A stretch of DNA of 53,189 nt, counting the filler, from Perkinsus olseni (taxonomy: Eukaryota): assembly GCA_013115125.1 (NCBI GenBank). It is 3 parts of 3 records of this genome, joined end to end, with 100 filler letters (N's around TTAATTAATTAA, not from the genome) between each part and the next. Parts side by side here need not be neighbours in the genome. Positions count along the whole stretch, not along the records: positions 17,821 to 35,459 come from JABANN010000638.1; positions 35,560 to 53,189 come from JABANN010000639.1; 1 more part is not named here. One strand, written 5' to 3'. Position 1 is the first letter of the stretch; every line of letters starts with the position of its first letter. Made by a program: the position numbers and the translations under genes. The notes under the pieces were generated by a model that saw only the letters and a program-made list of their open reading frames with translations, was not told the origin of the DNA and did no database searches. Shown one piece after another: positions 34,564 to 47,853 of the stretch.

Positions 34564-35459
34564 AGCCATGTGCTGGGCAGTCGGTTTTTTTCGTAGCGTG
34601 AATTAATTTGTTGTTAAGTTTAGAGTTAGTGAACTATTAGTTCACATTCCATTCAGTAAGTTGAACGGAGAGGCTTAAAAGTTTGCGGATGCCACTCAGT
34701 TGAGTGTAGCACATCGGGATCAAGTCTAGCCATACTGGCGGCAGCGTTGGACTCTGAACTGACAGACGCACTGTGGAAAATGTACAAGCGCTGACTCACG
34801 CATCTGAAATTCTTGAGGGAAAGCGTGGCTTTCCGATATGCCAGCCTGGCATTGCCAGGGAAAACCAATTTTTTTGGAGCACTTTTATCGAGTCCTGTAG
34901 ATGATGCTAGTAGTGGGACACTGGGGGAAGATCTGGGTCTTGTTCGAGCTTTTCTTGGTGATGGCAGACGAGCTGGCTGTGAGTTGTTCACCATCAACAG
35001 TCGTGGTGGTGGTATTTTCTTGCTGTCAGATGAAGACAGCGAATGATGGGACGGAGGCCGGGGAGTTGGTCAGAGAAGTTCAGACGATTGTTGACAGGGT
35101 TCTTTCTTCCCTGGATACAAAGCGATAGTTTCTTCCTACCCATTTCTTTCCATTTCTTTCCGGAAAAAAAATGGGAAAGAAATAATAAGAGTGGAAAGAA
35201 TGCCCATTCGCTCGGCCCAGGCTAAGCGGCTCCGCCATATTACAGCCATTCTCGAAGGTTTGATATCGTGAACTATCGCGCTCTCAAAGCGGCGGAGTAC
35301 TGACCACTTCCTGACTCAGGAAGCGCGTGAATAGTCGCCTGGATAATCATTCAGGAATTCTGAGCGATTATCTGGATTAATTCAAATAATTTCTTTGGCT
35401 TCATCTCGACCGGCAGAAGTGACAAATGTCTGGAATGAGTACACCGAGCAGGTAGTGCT

Positions 35460-35559
35460 NNNNNNNNNNNNNNNNNNNNNNNNNNNNNNNNNNNNNNNNN
35501 NNNTTAATTAATTAANNNNNNNNNNNNNNNNNNNNNNNNNNNNNNNNNNNNNNNNNNNN
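35460..35559. other. Artificial scaffold spacer (N44-TTAATTAATTAA-N44)
   Basis: Same 100-nt linker as at 17721. Confidence 0.97.
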
Positions 35560-35632
35560 ACGGGTACGGAACCGTAATCGTACCCGTACCGTACTCCGTA
35601 CCAAACCGTACCCGTACTCTCGCCCACCTCTA
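35560..35632 (-). mobile_element. End of a hAT-like DNA transposon/MITE at the contig edge
   Basis: Minus strand begins TAGAGGTGGGC followed by clustered GTACGG subterminal motifs. Confidence 0.5.
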
Positions 35633-36300
35633 GTGTAGCACAGCCAGGTTCAATAGGATTCAGCTGTTAGACTATGATCATCGCTGCACTTACCTCTATT
35701 GCTACTGGGCTGTATCGGTATGCTATCGTGGCACACTATGATGAGTTATAGTTTCCATCGCAACTCCCCATAATAGAGCAACTCGAAGAATAGAATTATA
35801 TACTCAACCCGGTGGTAGTATGATGAACAATGAGAATATGTAACGCAGCTAAGTCTCGCAAGTCTGGCATTAAACATCCCCCGAGTTCTACTTACCCTGA
35901 CTGAACACATCGCTATCAAGCTCATGAGGAAAAATAAACTTGTGAGACTATCACCACCTATCCGATTCGGCACAATACGATCTATCCTGACATGCTTTTC
36001 AAGAATTGGACACTGAGTTGGGTGAGATGATGGACATTACTCAGGCCGAGCTGAATAAGCACGCGAAGCGACAAGTCGCGAACAGCCTATGCGATACTAA
36101 AGGAGACGTCTATTGTTGGCTAGATAATCTCGCCACACCCTGTAGGTCATACTCATACGGCTTTTGCAACAAGAAGGTAAAAATGACGACAAAAATGACG
36201 ACGCCCGACAAGAATTTCTGACAACGGAGACTATTATCCAGAAAAACAGAGATGTATAGGGATAACAATGATGCGAGACTTCGGAGGGAAGATAGTGGTT

Positions 36301-37400
36301 TCATAGAGCAACGGCCTTTGTGAATCCTATGTGAGTTTTGTTCACCGAAAAGTAGTTGCCGATAAGTGCGGGTAAGCCTAGATACCAAAACTTGCCGAAA
36401 TCCAAGGCAAGCACACCTTGGCCATCCTTGAGATGTCCTCTCAGGGCCATCGGAGATATCTTCAGGGGAACCTTCCTGCCATTCAAGCCCTTGAGATAGA
36501 ATGTGATAGACTGCAAATAGGGAATAGCTTCACAGGCGACCTTGAAGAAGCCTGACTCCTCCTTTATCTCGACGGGTCTGATTCCAGCACCCCCAAGCAG
36601 CTTGAGCACTGTCTGCTTCTGAGACTCCGGTATATGTATAAAACTCGACCCAGTGGCCAAGAAAACTGCAGAGTTGACTTTAATCTCATCTACACAGTCA
36701 TCACCGACGAGTAGGCTAAGCCTGTCGATCGCTGGAGGACCCAGGCCACTTTCCCAAGTAGCGACGTATCTTAGAGGGCCGTCCTGTTTACTAGGATCTT
36801 CTTCGCCGGGGATGAACTCTCCAGTGAACTTGTGCGTATCAACATACAATGCATACGACTTGTCGATTCCCCGTTTGGCAAGCTGGTCCATGAAAGGTGG
36901 GTATCGTTCAGACTCGTAGTCCTTCAAGGAGATGCCCAGAGACGCCCAAGGACCTTTCTGGGGGGACATTATCAACCGAACTTGAACACTATCTCTGTCG
37001 ACCCGTTACGCACCGAAGCAGTAGCGGGGAATACCGTTATCTCTCTGCCATCGTACAGCTTGAAGTTCGTTAGCACGCTCGGCGGACAAGGCTTGACGCG
37101 GCACGAATAGCAACCATAGACGAGGTCCTTGCAGCCGCCTGGTTTGACCTTCTCATACTCGGTCTTCGCCACGAAGAACATTCGATTGGAGTCAGTATCG
37201 ACAATAGGCTTGACGTGATCAAAGAATTCGCCAAGATCAGTCAGGAGCAGATTAAACTTCCTATCCCCGTCGGGCTTCTTGACGAAGATGTGCCGCCCTT
37301 TGGGCTCCTGCTGTCGTTCAATAGCACGACTGGGAATTCACGCGGGGACGAATGAGCGCACAAATAGCAGCATTGCGAGATACGGTTGTGGCCAGTCATT
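36301..37400 (-). pseudogene. A1 (pepsin-like) aspartic protease, frameshifted and catalytically degenerate
   Basis: IVDTDS and FLATGSSFI at the two DTG positions, FKVACEAIPYLQSITF, WYLGLPALIGNY...HIGF; frame change near 36972. Confidence 0.7.
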
Positions 37401-38436
37401 GCGAGTTATCGCTTACAGTGGGTAATCTCTAGGGACGAGAGCTTATTCAACGCCACGCTGTGAAACCTGCTGGTCGCGGAGTCCGAGCACAGCGCACAGC
37501 ATTTGCTCTGTGCGCCTTAGGACTTTTAGAGCTCTTAGTTTGTGCGTCCGATCGTCCTGTCGTGGATAAGGTGAAGATGTATTGAGGTACTCGCCGCACA
37601 ACGCAAAGATCCAGCCGACTACTGACGAAGAGCATTTGATCCGATAGTGAGACGAATGCCGAGGTAAATTCCCGATGGTGAAACCGGGAGGAAAGGGGAC
37701 AATATTTGTGTACTAGCGACATTGGCTAGAGCGCTAGCGTTGACGGAGGCAGTTTCTCGTACAAATACTGTTGTCGAGGTGTAACGTCCTAGTACCGTGG
37801 TACTTCGACGAGAGGAAGGCGGGTGTGCGAGGCACGTGAACCGATGCCACCTTTCGCCTGTCAGTTTGTCATCATGTTTCCTTGGTAGCGATTTGAGCTG
37901 CAAGATGTCGTTAAATGATGTAAGTCCCGCAGGAGAGGCAATCCCGGAAAGGGATGAAGATTGTGTGTGGTTTGCGGTTCCATCTCATCGAGGACTTTCC
38001 GTCACAATTCCACGAACATGAGTCAACATAGCGGCACGGCTCATGCCGGTATGTTATCTCAGTGTTACCGCGGATACATTGAGGCGCCGGGACTTGCCTC
38101 AATAGGCACCGTGGGTTCCAGTAAATACCGTTGTATATGGTTATCATCTGACGATGCTTCATCGCCACTGAGAGTGGTCTACCGCGGCACGGAAACGTCG
38201 GAAACCGCCAGCTACGGTTGGTGTTTGGTGAACGCCAAAGATGGCATCATTGACCTTCGTAATTTTTTTTATGTAAAATGGTTTTATTGGGGTATGATGT
38301 AACGGGTGTGTATGGCTTGAAAAGGGCCCTGATTCTGCCACTCCTACTGGTATCCCTCACCCTCCTTCAACACCACAGCCGTCGCCTAAGGAAACATTAT
38401 GAAAGACTCGCTGCAATTCCGTCACAAAACTATCTC

Positions 38437-40714
38437 TCATGGCGGAGCCTCTGGATGCGTCCTCATCTGCCCGTCGCTGAGGAGGGCGTTACAGATAGAA
38501 CACGTCAGCAAGGCGCCCAGGACGTCCATCACAACCTACGATGAGCAAACTTCCGATAGTGAATACCGTCACGGAACATTATGCCGTTGTCTTGATCGAC
38601 GAGTATCACTCATTGAGTAACAATACGACCTCACCACTTCCCGAGCGAATAAAAAGTTTTTTTCGTTTGAGTTGATCGATTTTGGCCCACTTTCGGTATC
38701 TAAATCATTCTGCTACTACGACCTCTTTCTTTCCTGCATCTTGAACACGTACTCTTAGGTCATGAAACATGGGAGAACACTGAAGCTGGTGATTCTCTCG
38801 AACGAGAACAATACTTTAACGATTCGAACTGGAGGAACGCTGTTACGTGCGAATATTGTGCCTTAGAAATCCGACGCCATTGGCGTTGATCAGATTAAGG
38901 CAGACGCTACGGGATGAAAATTTCATGATGAGGCGCGCAATGAACAACGGAGATGCGCGCAGCTTCGCGCGCTCGCTTCAATCTGGAAACTATCGAACAT
39001 TTCCAATTTTACGGAAAGTAATATTCAATTTGCGCGACATGAGTCCTTTACATTCGCTTAAGTATCGAAAGTGGATAGAAAACTTATTTGAAATAAAACT
39101 CGGTGTCCAATGCCCTTTAAGATCAAACGAAAAAAGCATTTTATTTGATAAAGGGAAATGGTGACACCATTATGGTGTAACCCTGTGCGCACACCCCGTC
39201 GCGTGGTGGTGATTCATTTGTCTTCGGGGAGGGCAGCGAACCACCTCTCCCTAGAAACATGGGTCGGTCGCGAGAGACCATGGAATCCGCCTTAAGATAC
39301 AGTGAAATATATACCCTATATCCCAGCTTCGCAAGCTGGGAAGCTCCTAGCAGCTTCCCAAAGTTTCTAACAGTTCTACGACCAACACACAAGGCGGGAC
39401 TCCTAAGCCAGCCGTAAGCCTTTTGGCCTAGTGTTACTCGTGACTACCCAAAACGTTTCATACAACGGTATCCCTCGCCCGATTGTGATGGATGATGGAG
39501 TAGAGTGCTCGACCGGATCGAGATCCCGCGTATTTCGATCCGACGGCAGTCCGACAACCGTTGGCAATGGTAGTAGCTCTTCAACAGACTCAAGGAGATG
39601 CACAACGACGACGACATGAACAGTTGTGCATGATCAAGCGGGCGTAATAACTCATTTCTGGCTGACCTGTATAGCGGCGCCTGCATGAGCGGGGTCACAG
39701 CCAAATCGTTGTAATAGGAGGGGTAGGAGGGTCCCCAAGAGAACTGACGTCAATACGATGATCACCATCGAGAAGGAGATGGCGATGGACTCTATCCGAG
39801 GTCGACAGTGTCATCGCTGGGCCAGAAGCTCATACCAACTCTTCCCCAACTCACCCACGTGACCTGCTCGCCATCATTGATAGGGATTACTAGCGTCCTC
39901 ACCGCGCTGGCAACTCCCAGCAAAGCAGCCATGCCCAGCGCTATACCGACCTCCCGAACCACAGACCTCACAATCGATGAGGTCCCCTGCAGGCCAAGAG
40001 CTATCCGACGTACCTGAACTCGACCAAATCGTGGCCCAGAAGTAGATGTAAGACAAAGGGGAACCCTATGGTCTGGATGAGTGAAGGAGAGAAGAACTGA
40101 CTACAAGAGCGAACGCCATGAGGAGGGGACCGGACGAGGGACGAGTATTACCACCAGAACGGCGCTCTGACTACCGGCATTGCCACCCGCGCCGACCAGC
40201 ATAGTGAGGAAGTAGACGATAACAGGATGAGTGGTGAGTAGGGTGCTGTATGATGAGAGCACGAATGATGATAATCACTGTAGTAATAGTAGACCCAATA
40301 GCCATACTATCCTATGACGGTAGCTGTGTAGAGTCTACACTGTAGACATCTTCACCACCGGCCGGTAGCATCAACCACCTGACACACTCCATCCATGATG
40401 GAACCAAGAGGAGATCTAGCGATACGCTTCGATGAGGGCGATAGGCCCTCATCGTCCCCACAGACCCCACTGGGAAAGCTACGTAATTGTGCATCGGCTA
40501 TGTAGGACCCCTTCGCGTGGCGAGCCGCTACCCAAACAAGCCGGCCCGCGGTCAACTGAGTCTTCGGAGCACCATGGGCCGTCTTTTCGGCGAAATACAG
40601 AGCACCACCCCAACAGACTCGATAGCGGCTGAGGGAATGTCCCCCTTCCTCGTCATCGCCATCGACCGAGGCATCCTCCGACCACCGATGGTGGTCTTCC
40701 CTACGCCGCAGCAT
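38437..40714 (-). CDS. MgtE-family divalent cation transporter-like gene with one in-frame TGA (possible pseudogene or sequence error)
   Basis: Exons: WLLGLLLLQ*LSSFVL...HPVIVYFLTMLVGAGGNAGSQS | VRRIALG...REVGIAL | LLGTLLPLLLQRFGCDPAHAGAAIQ | VVMDVLGALLTC. Start uncertain. Confidence 0.75.
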
Positions 40715-41393
40715 TGCCACCTCTCTGAAATGGAAGGCGACTTGTTAAACCCCCTTTCAAAATAGTAGCACATGACAATTACTTAGAGTACTCGGATCCC
40801 AGTACGGCCTAGGTCAAGGTTCTATTATTTTGTAGTAAGGGGATTTATGAGCGAGCTGTGGAAGGACAAGTAAACGCGCAGGGGTTCGAACTCTGGACTT
40901 CCTCCATGACGGGCCAAGACCTTAACCAATCGAACCAACGAGAGTTGGAGAACTTTCTCCCTATTCCATCCGCGTCCTATTACTTGCGTAGTCGTATTAT
41001 CTCCTCTTCCTGCCTCGATATCATCTCCATGCTCTCCTCATGTCGACTAGCCATCCCAGAGACAACAAAAACTACTCAAGTCCAACTCAGTCTAATACAG
41101 CTGGGAAAGTAGCATAAAATTGCATAAATTCAACCCCATAAACTCATCCCCAACTAACAAGTCTGCCCTGGGGGAAGTTCAAGTCGCATCAAAAGCTCCT
41201 CACACAAGGCGGCGGTTCGAGCGTCTCTCCCTCAGTCATGACGCTACTGGCGTCCACACAGCAAGACTTTCGTTTCCAACCGGACCATCACCCTTTCGCT
41301 TCGCTCCGCTAAGTTTCCGCCCAACTTCCACCGAACCCAACAGTCACCAACAGAGAGCATGATAGTGAAACATGATAAACAGGATCAGACTAA

Positions 41394-44300
41394 TTACCCT
41401 CCGGCGGCATTTTGAGTTTTGATTTTTTTGATCTCAGCCCTGATCTCCTCAAGCCTCGTCCAGATCTCCTTCTCACGCTCCGAACGAAGCACAACTCCGC
41501 CTCTGTCGCCCTCCACAGTTGTGATGGTATCTTTTATTCTGTTTTTACCGCGGATGAACCTCCTCCAACGATACAGCACTAACACTGCGAGAGTTTCCTG
41601 AGGAGCCAATGGTCAGCGGAAATCGGCAACCACGAAGCGCAGCACATCACCACCATCCCTACGAATATTCTGTCACTGTTTTTGAGTGGGAACGGAATTA
41701 TACACCTCCGACGTAGTAGATTAGGCGACCTCAGGTGAAGAGTTTATCAATAACCTCAACCAACCAAACAGACGAACGAATAAAATTCTGTTTTATCAGC
41801 TATAACCTAGATTGTCTAGCAAGACTACCAGTAATAGAATGCTCGACCAAGTCCTACATAGTCCCATGCGCCACCAATGGGAGCCATCGAGGACTGGTAA
41901 GTGGGGAGCTAGCCCTGTTCGCTTCTACCACTGGGCTAGGTACTGTATTTATATAAACATTAGTGCCAACATCACACCTCCCAACCAGCCTCTAATACAC
42001 CTAGTAGTCCATACTTAGCATGATAGAAGTGGTAGCGTCACAGTGAGATCTACTATCATAGCTAGAAGCTGACTATCGCTGAGAGTACTCTTCTCACCTG
42101 TCGCCTTCTCCTCCAGTTCTCCATCGCAATTACCATACCACACATCCCCCACTTCAATAGACAATACTGCGCCCTGTCCACCAGGAGTCCTACAGCCCTG
42201 CGTAGTTCACGCACTCTCCCTCGCCACGCTAGAAGGCATCTGTGCCGAAGCCTTCGGTGACGCCGCTCGGCCGCAGCGTCCACGGAGGCCCTCAAGTACT
42301 GCTGACGATTGAAGCAAGCCACCCAACGGGAGAGGTACCTTCTCCTCAGACGAACCTAAGAGGGCGTATCTTAGGTTGATGCGAGGAAGATGCAAGTAAA
42401 CTATACTGTTGCACTAACCCGCATATCGCAACACTGATAGTTGTTACTTTATTAAACCCATTATTGTTCACAAAAGATACCACCGGCTAGATACAGCCAT
42501 GAGGCATATTCGACAAGACCTCCGCCGAGCTTTCACTCAGCACTACCCATCTCAGTCCGTACCCGGGTACACCGAGTAGCATGAACCCTATCGACCTTAC
42601 CTCAATAGTCGCCAGCAACCGTCGTACCGCACCTCGCCCAATTTTCCCAGAGACAACCCGATCGCGATACGTTCTCAAGTACGATCGCATCAGTGCAGAA
42701 CGGAGGAACTCGTCGGCTCGATGCTGCAATGCAATTACACAATGCCGATGATGAACGTAAGATACCTGCAACCACCATCTCAAATCGATCACCCGGGCGC
42801 GCGCTACTCACCCACTGCTGCCAGACATCCCTACATACTCCATCAGCCCAGTGGAAGAGTGCCGTGGAGTTATTATAGCGGATAACCAAACTCTGCTCAA
42901 CCGCCGCTTTCAAGGCGATGAACATCCTGAGGAGAGCAAAGAAGAAATTATCAAATTATGATGCCACGTTATGATCATGACGAGGAGAATTGACTGTGAA
43001 TTCTGAGATGCATGAAGACTGACGGCCATTCAACACAATATTGCTAAGTATTTATTATCAAGTTGGAGATTTCACCACTGCAATCTACCGCTGTATCTTT
43101 ACTCACAGTTTTATACTACGACGGCGACTTGCCACTAGGCGCTGGTGTCGCAAGGCACATGGCCAATGCACCTCAGCTGTCCCATTAATGTCGACCAGCA
43201 GCCGAGCTGGACTAGTTCCGACTGAGTCTTACTAATACACCCTCCTCCCCACCGACCTTCCCAGCGTCCTCATTCGGCGCTCTTCCATCCACCTCTCCAC
43301 CAGTCGTCGCCGCTCCATCGCCCTCCCAATCCCAATACACCATTTCCTCCACTGTACTAGTGTATGGTATCGTCGGGCTACTCCCACCACGAGACGCTTC
43401 AGGTGGTTGTAGTAGAGAAAATCCACCCTCCAAGTTTGGAAGGCGGAGCGAAGCAGTTTTTTATCTTGAGAACTGCATAACGTAGACGATTTCTCCTGCC
43501 ATATCTGGCACGGAGTAACCGATCCAGTTGCAATGAAAATGACCATCTTCTTAAGCCGCGCTGTGTGAATGCTATTGAAGAACTACTTCCATATCACACA
43601 AGCCAATTTATCGTCAATCATAAAGACGGTGATAGACCTACTTAATATGCACGAGTACCGCTCCATCACAAACTCAATATTACGGACCCCCTTCAGTCTC
43701 CTATCCTCCTTCGACTGAGGCCCGCCATTCTAGAAGAGATGGCTCCCTCAATATTTAATTTCAACATATTCCTTTGTATAATACTAAGGTCGATTACGCC
43801 CTTTTCAATATTTTGAAATCTTATCGCCTCCCCCCGACCGACTACCTTCCATTGCTGCTTCCTCCTCTCCATCCATCTCCTCCACCACCATAGACCCGCC
43901 GCTGTCCGCAGCCTCATCACCATCACTCGAGCCTCGCGTATCTTCCTACGGTCGACCTGTTTCCTCCTCAGTAGGAGTACCATGCCCTTCCAACCCTTCG
44001 TCAACAACCCCACCCAATGGCAACTCACAGCCATCGCCCATCGCCCGTTCTCCCGCCTGAGGATTGGTCTAACTTCCCACGTCCATTTTAACCAACATTT
44101 TCTGAGTAATCCTCGCTTCAACCTAAGATACGCCTCCGCTCGACCCCACCTGTGGCGCTCCATGCCTTGCCGGAACCCCCCAATGCAACGACCCAGTACC
44201 ATCCTGACGTACTGCCCATCGGCCTCCCTCCTTCGAACCCTCCAGAATTTTTTATCCGCGACAAAATCGATCAGCCGATCGATACAGCGCCGTTTCAACC

Positions 44301-46450
44301 GGAAATCCCGCAACCTCATGAAATCGCGAACCCGACAAAGATTGTGCCATCCATAAAAATTTGTCCGCATGATTCTGTCAGCAAAATTCCGAAAAATTTT
44401 CCTCCGCCTTCGTCGCTCGATTTTCCCCAATTTCCTTTCCTCCGCCCAATGCTTCATAGCCCGCCTTCTCAAAGACACCGCAGCGAACCGTCGCGCGCCT
44501 TCCCACAACATCCTCAAACGATACCACGAAAGAAGCACGCTCAACCTCAAGATATCAGCCCGCATAGCCCGACACTCCTCGCCATTCCGAGCGGCCCTTC
44601 TCAGATCTCCACAGTGGATGAGCCAACCCTTAAAGCATCGACGCAACCTCACACGATCGACCTCCCTCGGCACGCTGAGAACCCTCCTGCGCCACGTAGA
44701 GAAAACCGTAAGAACGCAAGATTGCCGTACCAACTGTACCCATTTCCTCCATACCACTCCTTCCAACCTCTCACAGAGGAATCTTCGAGCTGCCACCTCC
44801 TTCCTACTGGCCACCGCCCATTCGTAACAAGTCGATCGTTTCACCCGCGCCGAAACCCGCATCTCCAAAATCACTCGGGCGTCCTCCGCCAGAATCCGTC
44901 TCCGATTGAACTCCCGCCATCCCGCCAAAGCCCGTCTCATTAAAGTCAGTCCAAGCCGCCTGTCGATCCTTCTCCGCGTCCAACTTCTCCAATCGATCAC
45001 CAAGGCGCGCGCTTTTGCACATATCACACTCTGCAGAGCCTCTCTTCGACGCCTTGCCATATCAGCACTCCGCTGTAACGCTCTGATGCCGCGCCTCAGA
45101 CGAAGCCTGTGGTTGAGCTCGGTGATCCGGGCGCGTATCTTAGCTCGATCCTTGACAGTGGCACGCCAGTTGTAAAAGAAACTACGACCGACACCAGTAG
45201 AGTGCAGTAAAGCAAGCCGAGTACGAAGGTGTCGGAGACGAGTACGGCGGGAGGTGTACCTAGGAGATGGACCGGTCCAACAGTCGAGAGGGGAAAATTG
45301 GCACGCACGAGTGTTGTACAGAGAGAAGCAAAGATGCAACCGCAAAGCCTCCACCAGAATTGGTCCGTGGTTTGTTACGTTTGAGATGGTATGATAAGGT
45401 TCCATCTGGCTGCTCTACTCCTAGGGAGTCAGCTCTGGACACTACCGAAAGAATAAACCACCAGCCACTCCAACGCAGATTATCCAGAGTCTGGATAATC
45501 TGCGGATTCCTCCGGATTAGTCTGGATTCCAGACTTTGCAGGTTGGTGACACGATCGGAGGAATAGCAAATCTTGGTATCAACACGCGCCCTCATTGCTC
45601 CCACCAACGAGCATCTCCCTGACACCTGCCTCCCAGCCGTGAGGCGCGGCATCCACTCACCACTGCAACGCGGCCATACTCCTCGTCAAGAGGCTCTTCC
45701 TCCTGCACGCCTCAGCACGGTTAGCTCGAAGCCTTTCCATCCGACCACGATACACCGCTGATACCCACGCCGAGAATGTCGCGGATACCATCAAGTGCCG
45801 CCGTCTTGTCGCCATCTAAAACACCAACAATCGCTGTCCGGCTACGTTGGCCGACGAATCGTAGAGAAAGTCGACAAGTGCCATGCGCTGTGCTGATGAT
45901 GCTCATCCACCGGGAGGAGTCAAGCATAGGCTGAAGAAGGAGGCCGGCAGGCATGCAGGTATGATTACGCGAATTAGGTATAGCGATCGGTCCTTGTTTA
46001 CACCAAGACACCTATAGATCAAAATGGGTCGTTTCAGCCATCATCTATTTGATATTCCCTCGGATTAGAAATGCGTTGATATACCGCTAACCTTATTCTA
46101 CCCAAAAGTATCTCAGACAGGGACTGTCAACCACCCTACCTTGTTAATGAACTCTTTGCGCTTGCTCCGTAGCTCACGCATAGTAGCACTTTGACAGTAA
46201 CCATACCACTCCACCACCACTTCTTGCTTCATCCTGAACCTCAGCCTCGCTGACACGACAATCCTACATCAACATCAGCACGATGAATAACAGCGTCACG
46301 CGCCACGAAATTACCTGTTCCTCCACAGGATTCTCCTGTGACTAACATACCCTCGCCACCCCCTAAGCGCCGCCCTCACGAAAGCCCCCTCCTTCACGCT
46401 CGACTGGTCGCACCGCTGTCGTCTAGCAATTATCAAAGTCCGCAAGGCTA
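41394..46450 (-). CDS. Sfi1-repeat (centrin-binding) protein, multi-exon; ends approximate
   Basis: Many Arg-rich repeats with the A...L...F/L..W pattern (LRHRCLLAWR, LLRSAFQTWR, LRRCFKGW, LMRRALAGWR, LLTKGWKG), including the 570-aa ORF at 43693-45405. Confidence 0.7.
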
Positions 46451-47853
46451 ACACGTCCGAATCGCAAAAAAAAGGTCAGCCCCCCGTTCAGTTTTCTGGA
46501 ATTTATCTTCTAGTATTCGTGAATTACGGCGCCAGAATCGATTCTGAGCTTCAGAATTGGTGTATTGAATACCCCCTCCCCCAATTCCTTATCGTCGGTG
46601 TAGATGATTTCAACTGGCTTTTTGCGACAGCGACTGCCGGACAGCTCACCCTATCTCAAAGCCTCATTGGGATTTCAACAAACTCCAGACTCCTCCCACT
46701 TCCCATAACGAGGTAGAATTCAAAGCATACTCATACTAATAAGATAAAGCTATTCACCCTATGAGACAGATGGATCTAAATGCTTTGTGCAGCACGCGTG
46801 CACAAACCGCTTCGTCAAGAAGCCGTTTCAATGACACGGTTTGTAGACGAATCGCTTTCATGATGAACCGGTTATTTCAATACTCACTATTTACTTCCCA
46901 CAATTCTGCGATCCTGAGTTTCCTATCTATTGTGTCCCCCAGTAATTCTCAGTCTGCGTTGCGATCAACTAACATTGTAACTGGTAGTACCAGTCTGGTA
47001 CGGGTCGAAAGCTCTCGAAGAGTTCTCTCTGATGCTGTATAAAGCGGTAGACTTAAACACCCGCCCTAACGTATCTAAAGCATAGTACTATATAAGAGCG
47101 AGATAGTATCCCCTCCGATGAGAAGGTACGCTGAAGCTAGGCAAGTCGTTGGCGACAGCAGACCGGCATTCCACGGGACGAAACCCCCGGTGTCGTGTTC
47201 TCAGACAGTCGATCTAGAACAGGAGAGTCGCTTACTCTACTCATCTTCCTGACAGGATGCTGAGGCTGAATCGCCGAGGTCGCGTGATGGGCAGATCGCA
47301 ATGATGACCATTCTCCCGCCTCACACGAAAAGTTGATCCACGATGTTCCATCCTAACGGAAAAAAATAGAAAGACTCTCCCCAGAGTTATCAGAGAACTA
47401 CTCAACCCCTCCATCCCCGCAAGAAGGGCATCAGCAAAAGCCTAGAATCATAAGGTTTAATAGAGTCCTCACAATGAGGAGTATAAACTCAAATGATGAG
47501 CACCAAACTCGGCTAAGCCGGAGGATGGCGGCCGGTGTTCAGCAAGCGAAGCTATGCTGACAGTTTTTTCTTCGCTTTTTTGAAAAGTAGTAGAAGCTCA
47601 CCATAGGACGACGGTACCCCAGCACCGTAGGCCTGCACCGCATCAAATAACGCGAGAAGCATCGATTGTCTCCCATGCGCGAAAATTCCTGAGCGAAACC
47701 ATCTTGGAACCTCCAAGATGCTAGCTGGCTGGCCTCCCTTCTCCCAGGACGTCTCCTTGTCGATGCTGGAGTTATCGTCTACGTTCCAGCGCAACCGCCA
47801 CATTATTTCACTGACAGAGGGATGAAAACATGAGGTAAACGTACGGGGACAAT

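Noticed and set aside
34650-35150. Cys-containing minus-strand fragments as a zinc-finger or transposase gene
   Set aside because: Multiple stops and no recognisable motif spacing.
43982-45175. Plus-strand Pro/Ser-rich ORFs
   Set aside because: Antisense to the Sfi1-repeat exon; no independent features.
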